Origin: Octopus vulgaris
Lineage: Eukaryota
Reading direction: 5' to 3'
Assembly: GCA_951406725.2 (NCBI GenBank)
Contig: OX597835.1
Coordinates: 23,498,001-23,562,000, forward strand
DNA: 64,000 bases
Part shown: positions 27,701 through 38,300 of the stretch, piece after piece
Position numbering within the stretch: position 1 is the stretch's first letter
Layout: the number at the start of each line of letters is the position of its first letter
Position numbers and translations under genes: made by a program
Notes under the pieces: model-generated
Told to the model about the DNA's origin: nothing
The model's input: only the letters and a program-made list of their open reading frames with translations
The model's database searches: none

Positions 27701-30700
27701 ATGTGAAAGGGTTAAACAGGTTGAGTGCCTACAAAGATTTTCTCTTTTCGTAATTGCTAGGCTATTGGTTTGGTATCTCTTAACTTTGGTCCTAACTTGG
27801 TAGACTGTACTATCCAGTGTTTTGCAGGTCAGGAAAGCGAACCTTTCCATTTGAGAAGCATAGGTCACTGGATTCTCCAACCTACTTGAGGGCCTTGCAA
27901 AATGGACATATCACATACATATCCCTTGTAACAGTCTCTCGATGAGTGGTGTAATCCTCGGCATGATCATAGTGGAGTGCTTTTGATGCCCATCGATTAC
28001 TGGATGGCAAGAGCCTTCAAGTGAACATTAACCCGAAGTATCATCTGATGATTATCGTCATCTGCCAACCTTGAGATATAAAGATAGCTTTCTAAAACCT
28101 TGGTCTTTTTTTTTTTCTCCCCTATAATTTGAATTGTGTGTATTGGTGTATAGACAACATTTTTACTGCATTACTTGAAGCCTATGTTTTGAACTGATTC
28201 TATTCTGCAGGCCTGATGCTAACCAGCACAATTTAAGGAATGCTGCCTATGAGGCGCTTATGGAACTTGTGAAAAATAGTCCAAAGGTAAGATTTGATGT
28301 AGCTTTGTGTTTTTTTTCCAAGTCAGAATTGCTATGTACTGATAGGTAATTAGAGAAATAACAATCTCAACTTCAGATGATGTAAAAAATATCACGTTTG
28401 AAAATTTCTCAGTATTTATGATCATATTTAGGCAGAAGTAGCTTTATTTCAATTTGCCTGTAGCTTTGAGATTTCAATGGTTGTTTATATTTCAGAAAAA
28501 ATGAGTGGATGCGAGAGGTTGGATCTGGCCAGATATGGCTGGTATAAATGCTGAAGACTTAGAAATAACCATATATAGTTGAGGATATTAACTTTGTCTC
28601 GTGTTTCTATGGGATATTGATTGATTTTATCTTGGCCTATTCATGTTGAAAGTAACATTTCCATGCATATACTGGACCTATTTATGTTAGAATCAATATG
28701 TTAATATGATTAGTTAGAAAGACCTTCAATGACCATGTGTGTCTTCTATTCGTAGTTTTCTTTTGTAAGATATTTAGTACATTCTTGCATATGAAAAAAT
28801 TACATTTTAATATTTTGTTTTATATTCCAGGATTGTTATGAAACAGTGAAAAACACAACTATGATTATTTTACAACGGCTTGAAAAAGTTTTACAGATGG
28901 AGGTAAGTTTTGTATCAGGTTTGACACGAGCATGGAAAAGCTTATTCAGTGTTGAAGCTGTTTGTTGACTGGTGTTATTCACCTCATCTGTTTTCAATGG
29001 CTTCATCATCAGAGGAAGGGCAATCTGATAACTGCATCAAGCGTAAATCCTTATTTTAGTGGCTTATAGCTTCACTCATCAACACTCTTCGACCATTGGC
29101 TCACAAGTATGCAGTTTTCTCCTCTTTTCTACTTTTATTATTGATGCAATAGCCTCTGCTCCTGAAGGAAGTTCTGAAACTGGAAACTAGTTACTTGCTA
29201 TAAGACCGTACTCGGTTAGCGGTACTCAGGAGCCAGGCAATGAATTGAGTCACCTACCCAGAACAAGAATTCATTCAGATTCTGTCCACCAAATCTAACT
29301 TTTAAAAAAGGCTTCAGTTGACTCTAGGTTGTTGAAGATGCTTGTATAAGATGCTACAAAGCAAGGTTGAATTTTAAACCATCTGCAAAGTCAACTTAAC
29401 CATGCAGCTATGGCCTTGGCATCGATGGTCACAGCTATGATGCAAAGTCAAGACAAAGACTCAAGCATACACACACATACATGCACACAATCTGTTAGTT
29501 TCTGTCAACCAAAATTTACTCCAAAGGCTTAGGTTAGCGTAGGACTATAGAAATGGCATACGACTTGCTCAAGATGACATACAGTGGGACTAAACCTGTA
29601 ACTAACTGCACAACCATACCTGCACCCACCCAACTCATAATGTGTATGTATATATATCTATAATAGTATATACAGATCAGGACTTTAACCCTATTAGAAT
29701 TCATATCAATGCATTCTTATAGGGTTAATGTCCAGTATTGTAAGCTCTTGATTTCTGTAAAGTTTAACACGTCTACAGTTGGATTATTTTTCACTGTTTA
29801 TTCAAGTTTCCATGGTCTTGAAGAAGACCACCTATATTTAGTTTAATTCAGTTGCATTTGTACATCATTTAATGTCCACTTTCCATGCTGGTATGGGTAG
29901 GCCAGTTGACTGTTAACCAGCGAGCTGCACTGAGATCCCGTGTCATCTTCGGCGTGGTTTCTACAGCTAGATGCTCTTCCCAATGCTAATCATTTTAGTG
30001 TGCTGGGTGCTTTTTTCTTTCTTCATACCATCAGTACTAGTGAGGTTGCTATGTAACTTGCAAAAAAAAGTAGAAAAGGAAAGGGAGGAAGAAAACTCAT
30101 GCTACTAAAAAGTATTTGAGAAGGGGAGGTGAGTGACTGTGTGCCAGATAATGAGAGGATAAAGTATGGTAGGACAGGTACAGGTGTACTGCTAATTACT
30201 TTTAACAGGCTTTGTGGGAGGAATTTTGAGACCACGTGATGCTTCAAAACTGCAATTTTTCCTCAAACTTTATTTCTCCTAACTGTTGCCTTTTTTCTTT
30301 CTTCAGGGTCACATAAGTTCAACTTCTGATAGGGTACAATATAATGACCTCCAATCATTACTGTGTGCTACACTCCAAGTAAGTATGTGATATTTGGTGC
30401 TTTTGTCCGTTTCCTTTGTGTTGAATTACAATGTAACGTCTCCTCATTGTCCCTAACTCTCTCTTTTGTAGAGTGTATTGCGAAAGGTAACTGCTGAAGA
30501 TGCACCCAAAATCTCTAGCCCGATTATGACAGCTTTATTACAGATGTTCAACACCTCTTGTGGGAAATCCGGAGGAGTTCAAGAAGATGCTTTACTCTGT
30601 GTATCAACACTGGTTGAAGGTATGTGTGTGTGTGTAATTTGATCTCTCTCTCTTTTTTTTTTTCCATGTCTAAATTGTAATTAAAATAGTTGCTATTCAT

Positions 30701-33700
30701 AAGTTCAGTTATTCAACAACTGTCATGATGTTGATATCTATTTCTTGCTCCAACAGTTCGCACATGAATAACATGCCATCCCACCCCCCTCTAGCTCTCC
30801 CAGTAAATAAATTGAAGTAGAATATTTGTATTTTCCTATTTAATATAAGTTATATAAATTTTCGCTTTTCAAGGTTACACTCTAAAATGCGATTGTGTAG
30901 GATTTTAAAGATGTCTTGCTGCCGCAGTATTAAATTCTTTAATCCGTTTATTTCATTTTCAAAATACTAATTTATTAAAATAACTGTCTTTTATTAAACT
31001 GATGTTTGGAATATGAATTAGACATAAAATTTTGATGGAAGGTTTCCATTTAGACGATTTCAAAACAAGATGTTTTTATCATAGAATGAATGGTTGTTTA
31101 GGGTGGGTTGGTTTCAAATGGATTAGAGCACTGGGTATTTTGTAGGGTATTTCAGAAAATCTCTGAGCTTCATGATATCTCATTTCAGGTAATTCAATAT
31201 TAAATTACAAGGTGGGGGGGGGGTGTCTAAATATAACATTTGTCATTAACAGCAGTTAGGTATTATTGATTGCCCAAAGAGATCAGGTTTGTTATATTGA
31301 TGATTTTCATGCAGAATGCACCTTTAGGGAATTTGTGTCATTCATAACCGAGCTAATGAGGGAGTGCTTTTCATGATGACAAGACCTTTTCTGGAGAACA
31401 CATTGGATTATATAGATACAGTCAAGATAATCAATGTTTTGAATAACTTACAGCATAGGTCAGCTGCATGAAGCATCATGGCTTCCATGTGGTTGAATAA
31501 CTATCTATAATTATTTGCAGATAATTTTTCTCTGCTGGCTTGAGTTGGACGGTTTGTCTGGGTCCATTGAGCTGCAGGGCTGCCCTGAGTACTTGTGTCA
31601 ATGATTACATATTTCAGGTGGAGGAATGGCTTGTCAAGCAAAATTCCTTTTAAAATACTTGTTTTTAGCATTCCAATTTTAAATTCCTCCAAGGTCAGCC
31701 CATCATCATCATTGTTTAAACGGCCGTTCTCCATGCTAGCATGGGTTGGACAGTTCGACCGGGGATCTGGGAAGCCAGAAGGCTGCACCAGGCTCCAGTC
31801 TTATCTGGCAGTGTTTCTACAGCTAGATGTCCTTCCTAACACCAACTACTCCGTGAGTGTAGTGGGTGCTTTTTACATGCCACCGGCACAGGTGCGAGGC
31901 TGGCAACGGCCACGATCGGATTGGTGCTTTTTACGTGCCACTGGCACGGATGTAGGCAATAAAGGAAGTATTAGTAATGTAGGCAATAAAGGAAGTATTA
32001 GTAATGTACTGGAGTCACTATTTATATTATCAGCCTATATATCTCTACCTTGAAACGGAAGTTCCTGTGCTGCACATACTAAGTTCATAATCATTTCTTA
32101 AACTGTGTATATGAATCTACAATAATCAATCTTGTCCATGGAAACAGTGGTAATGTCTGGTAATGTTCTTATTCTTTTTGTTTTCTAGTTCTTGGAGAAA
32201 ATTTCTTGCCATACATGCCAGCTTTCAAGCCATACTTGACTCTTGGACTGAAAAATCATGCAGAATATCAGGTCTGTTATTCCATTGCAATCTGAACTCT
32301 TTGCAATATTGAGAAGTTCTAGTTTAAGCAAATGACTTTTTTCTTTTCTTTTTTTTTATAATTGTTTGTATTTTTACTTGGTTCTGATTCAGGTGTGTCA
32401 AGCTGCAGTTGGTTTAACTGGTGATATCTGCCGAGCTGTAGGAAATAATATATTACCATACTGTGATGAGTTAATGACTATGCTTGTGGAAAATCTTGGG
32501 GTAAGTACTATCAAACCCTGAACTATACATAGCTGCAATTCATAAAGCATTGCTTTTTGGGGGTTGCAAAATGGGGACTAAACACTCATTTTTGTGCAAG
32601 AAACAGGGTTTAACCTCATTCTGAAAGGGACTTCCACTTTATATTTGTTTGTTTTATGAAGTTGTTTAGATGTTTTTTTCTTGCATTGAGTATCATAGCG
32701 GATATTTCTCAAGCAGTAAATTAGATTTCAGTGGTATTAGAGAGGACTTGGAGGAGAAAATGGTGATGTATCAGTGTCATTCGTACACACCAGTAATCTG
32801 ATAACAGGTTTTATTGATTCTGAGTGCGTTAATCACATTGACTAATTGTCAGTGATGTAAGTTTTACATTAACTTCGAAAGCAAAGCTTGCTGAATATTT
32901 TCTTTGACTTTTTTTTCCGAAGAAATTTCTGTCAGGATAAACGAAAGGAGCCCTAAATATGCCAATCAACAGGATGCCACCTTTTCCATATCAATAGAAA
33001 CAAAGGCTTTTCAAATGTGAGTTGTGCAGCTTCCAAACTGCAAGTACCTCTGGAGTAAAAATTCAGCTCTGAGACACAGAATTGATACTTAGGCCTTGAT
33101 ATCTTGATAAACAAATATACAAAAATGTAATCTATATTCAACTTGCCTGGGCAGGAGACAAATGCAGTGTACTACATTATTTTGTTTACACATTAGCTTA
33201 GAAAAATGGCACTTTGTTGGTTATGATGATGATGATTGCAGTTGATCCAATCACCAGAACAGCCTGCTCATGAAATTAACCCTCAAGTAGCCAAGCACTC
33301 CAGACCCTTATAGTTGTGTAGAGTTCTTGGAGATTCAGCATGATGCAGATTGAGACAAGGCTGGCTAATATTCAATGAGTATACAACAAAATTTTAATGG
33401 AGAAGAATTGGGCAAAATACTGGATTATCTATCATTTGAACTTAATACACATAAGGCAGGTGTGACATAAAGATAAAATGGAGCAAAATACTGGAATTTG
33501 TCTTTGAAGAAAAGTAGGACACCATCTACTAAATGTAATAAACTTCCCTGTCCATAAGTACACAAATACAATGATTCACAACCCAAATTAATCAAAATTT
33601 GTCACATCTTAAGCTAAATTTGAAAAAAAAAAAAATTTCTATACACAGACAATATTCCTAAAAGATGCTCTGGTTTTTAACTTTCTGAGTTTGTGGGGAA

Positions 33701-35309
33701 CTATAAAATCAAAGTGGAGGGAAAAAATATTTCCAAAAATTCACAGCAGTCAGATATAATGTGAAATAATGTCAGTGTAGTTCAGTTGCTTAGACATATC
33801 ATGTTTTCACAAATATACTTTTGAGATTTGCATTGAAATTTTCATTTAACCCTTTAGTGTTTAAACCGGCTATATCCAGCCCAAATATTCTACTCATTTT
33901 ATGCTTAAACTGGCCAGAAACCAGTATCTCACACCTACCCTGATATGTCATTCTAAAAATAAACAATTACATATTTCAAATCTTGAAGCTACAAGATAAT
34001 ACCAGGTTAATTTTTAAAAATGTAAGTGAATAAGGATTACTTCCGACATTAATTTGAACACTAAAGGGTTAAATATGACAAGACCATTTCAGCTATCATC
34101 ATCATCATCGTTTTTGTAACATAAACCAGAGTATTTAACAGCTGGGATAGTAATGAAACAATTAATGGCTTTTGTATATATATATAACTACACTTGGTCA
34201 TATTAGCATTGTGTTTTCCTTTGTAAGCTTTCATTGCCAACTATTTTTAGTACTTGAAGTGTTAATTGTTGTTTCTCTGTGGTGTTGAATTTAATTTGTT
34301 GAAAACCTTTGCATTTCAGGATGAAACTGTCCATCGTTCTGTTAAACCTCAGATCCTGTCTGTGTTTGGTGATATTGCTCTAGCAATTGGTTCTTACTTC
34401 AAAAATTACCTAGCAGTTGTTTTGAATACATTGCAACAAGCATCGCAGGCACAAGTTGACAAGGTAAAGTGTACAAGACCCGTTTCCTTGGCATGGCTGG
34501 AATATTTTTGTTTGAATAGAAATCTAGGTGTTTAGCAAACCTAACCAGAAAACATTTCAACCAATTCCCCAATGAAGATGGTTTGATATGTTGATACAAC
34601 CTATATCTGGTGAATCGAATCACTAGAGCGTCAAAATAAATGATTTATGGGAATTTGAACTCATTGCATCTCAGTTCAAGCTTTTGTCTACAGTACTGAA
34701 TATATGCAGTATATATTCTGCATTCAGAATCCTGCAAACACTGCCATGATAGTGAAGTAGTATTGGTTGGATGCACTAAGAAATCAAAAGCAAAAATACC
34801 GTACGCTACTCTGTTATGCCCTTATTGGGTTGATATTGAATAAGAGTTTCATTTATAACCATGATGATGATGATGAAACTGATAGGGTAGTCTAACTATA
34901 TAACCTCTTGATCTGAGATTTTTCTTTTTTAATCCTCATAGATTTTGTAAAGATGTAATAGTTCTAATTTAAGTATTTGGCTGCATAGATTTGTGTTGTC
35001 AACATGGAGGAAGAAGTTAACTTTTAACTGCAAGATTAAATTTCAGTTGTATTAAATATCTACCAAAAGTGTAATTGGTATTTTTCTGCAACTTGTTACC
35101 TCACTAGGTTCGACATATCAACCAAAAAAAATAGTTTCACTTCATGGAGAGTAGATCAGTATATAAAACTTTCTGCAATTAAGAGTAATGAAATCTGAGT
35201 GGCCATATTGGGTTTCCTCAATTAGTTAAGCATGCTTTATCACAAATAACAGCAGTCATTTGCCAAACATATTGTTTTACACACACACACACACACACAC
35301 ATATATCTC

Positions 35310-35344
<35 letters not shown>

Positions 35345-38300
35345 AAGCTGGAGACGGGCACTAATGTTCAATGTGGCAGGCTTGATAATTGCTGAGGATT
35401 TTCAGCATGAAACTAACGGTAGCCTTCTCAACACACTAAGTATTTATCTACAAATGCAATTGAGCATTCATTCTCAGTTTTTAGAATTTGTGTGTGTACA
35501 CATTTGTGAATAACTGTTGGAAGATGCATAGTCTGAAAGAGGAGTCCTTTGAAGCAATCCAGTCAAGTTGCCAACTTCATTAAAATTGATATTCTGTTTT
35601 TGTTATTTGTTTATTATTGTTGGGGCATGGTTTATAACACATTGATGCCTTGGCAGCAGCCTTTTTAATCATTTTGCTTTAAATTGTTTCATTTTTTCTT
35701 TATTCTTTTTTCTCTCTCTCTCTCTCTCATTCTAGACTGACTATGATATGATTGATTACTTGAATGAACTGAGAGAAGGCTGTTTAGAAGCTTACACTGG
35801 TATTGTGCAAGGTTTGAAAGGTGATGCTGAGCAGATAAACCGTACGTTGTTGATTCATACATACAGCCTTGTCTATGGTGTTCCTTATAGGGTCGGGATC
35901 AGTGCATGAAGCTCATTTAGAGGAATGGCATACAGTGGGGGTAATCAAGTTGTAAACAAGGAAAGAATGAACTTGTATGAAGAAATGGTTATAATCAGAT
36001 GGCACTGTGTGGTTAAGGAGTTACCTTCCCAACCACATGGTTTCAGATTTTGAGTCTGTGTGGTACTTTAGGCAGGTGTCTTCTATGACCCAGGCTGACC
36101 AAGCCTTGTGAGTGGACTTGGTGGATAGAAATAAGTGAAAGTCTGTGTCTGTCGAAACAAAGGTTTTGCTGTTTTGTGATAGTTGTAAATCTTAAGGCTC
36201 GTCAAGCCAAGTGAAATTGTAGTCATAGCCAATGCCGGTGGCACGTTAAGAGCACCCATTACACTCTTGGAGTGGTTGGTGTTAGGAAGGGCGTCCAACT
36301 GTAGAAACCATGCCAAATCAGATCGGATCCCCAGTGCCTCTCTCCAGCTTACCAGTCTCAGTCAAACTGGCTAACCCATGCCAGCATGGAAAGCAATGAG
36401 TGTCACTGGCATGCAAGCAGTGGTGTTTATTTCTAATGCTCTGTGAGGACATATTTGTCCTTGGGAAAATTACCTTGCTTTTGGAGAAATGAGGTTTGGT
36501 GACAGGAATTCCAACTCTGCCTATGCAAGTCTGGAAAAGTGGACATTAAAATGATTATGATGTTGAAATGTTGTATACTGTTCAGTGTAGGTTTTGGGTA
36601 GATGTTGACAGTGATGAATCTACGGGTTAGGTGGTGTTGAAACTAGTTTGGTAACTGGTCACTATTTTGTTTAGTTTACTTGTTGGATTAACTCTAGTAT
36701 TTGGATTACTCTGTCAAATGTAATGTTTATTCACATGCTATGAATTAATCATGAATTATCTCCTAGCTTCAAGATTTTAATGATACAATTGGCCATTTTT
36801 CGAATGGCATTGTAGGACTTATGCGAGAGGCTGCATCTGGCCAGTTTGAACATCAACTAGAATATTCTTCAGGCACTGGGCCTCACTGAGGAAATGACAA
36901 AGGACTGGCAGATGTGATTTACTGTACTTGATAAGACACATCAAGCTAGATAAAAATTGCTGTCTTCCACACATAACGGGCTTGCCCTATCAAGTGGCAG
37001 TGACACATGAAAGGCACCCGCACACTCTGTCAAGTGGTTGGCATAAGGAAGGGCATCCAGCCATAGAACCATGCCACAACAGACAGTTGGAGCCAGGACA
37101 GCTCCATGTCAAACCGTCCAGCCTTTGGCAGTGAGGAGCGCGGACATTAAATGATGGGCTGGTTTAAATGCTAAAAGGTTAAACCATCCACATGTGACCC
37201 AAACATTTATCATTCTGAAAATAGTCACATTGTTGAAATCTTGAAGTTCCAAGATAAAGCCCAATGAATAAACAATCCGTAAATTTGACAAGAGATAATC
37301 TAAATGCTGAAAGGTTAACTTGCATGAAATTGTGTAATATGAAAACACTGTTCTTGTGTTAGCTGTAGTCTTTCGTGAAGTTGTTCATATTGGTACCATG
37401 TCTGACAATTCCCTTGTGTTTGTGTGTGGTGGGTGATCGTGAAATTGTGATGTTTGGGTTTGTAGTCTTATTGAAGAATTGTTTAATTTTCTGTGATTTT
37501 TTTCTTCTCCCTCTTCAGCTGATGTCAATCTCATTCAACCACATGTTGGACACATGATTTCATTTATTGAACACATAGCTCAAGATGAAGATCATAGTGA
37601 CAGTAACATAGCTGCGTGTTGTGGCTTAATAGGGTAAGTTCATCTTTTACTTGTTTCAGTTGTTGGACTTTGGCCATGCTGGGGCACCACCTTGATGGGT
37701 TTAGTGAAACAAATTTTTCTAAGTAGTCATTCTGTCAGTCTCATGCTGAACTGCTAGTTTACAGGGATGTAAACAAACCAACTACTGGTTGTTGGTTGGG
37801 TGGGGATGCTAAGATGCATACACACATCTTTTAACCCTTTTGTTACCAACCCGGCTGAAACCAGCTCTGGATCTGAGTACAAATGTCTTGTTTTCATAAG
37901 TTTTCAAGTCACAATTTATGTTCCTAACAGTAGCTAAATATTTGCTGTAGCCCATCTCTTATACTAAGAAAAAAACTGCAACTAAGTTATTTTACTAAAT
38001 TCTTTGTTATATTTAAAGTAATTGAAAGAAACACAGAGCATCTCAAAATAAATACAGTAAAGAAAGGGTTAATGTCTACTTTTCTGTGCTTGCATGGCTT
38101 GGGTGAAGTTGACAAATTTTCTACAGCCAGATAACCCTTCGTCAACCATCACCTGTTTCCAAGTGAGGTAATGTTTCTCCAACACTAGACATAGTTTTGC
38201 AGAATATTGGAAATGAATGACAGTAATCATCATTTACAACTATCACATGATTGTCAAGATGAGGAGACGCATATATACTCAACTGGTTTCTTGTATCAAT

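Noticed and set aside
31950-32008. 27-bp direct tandem repeat
   Set aside because: Simple local duplication at a retroposon edge; no further significance evident.
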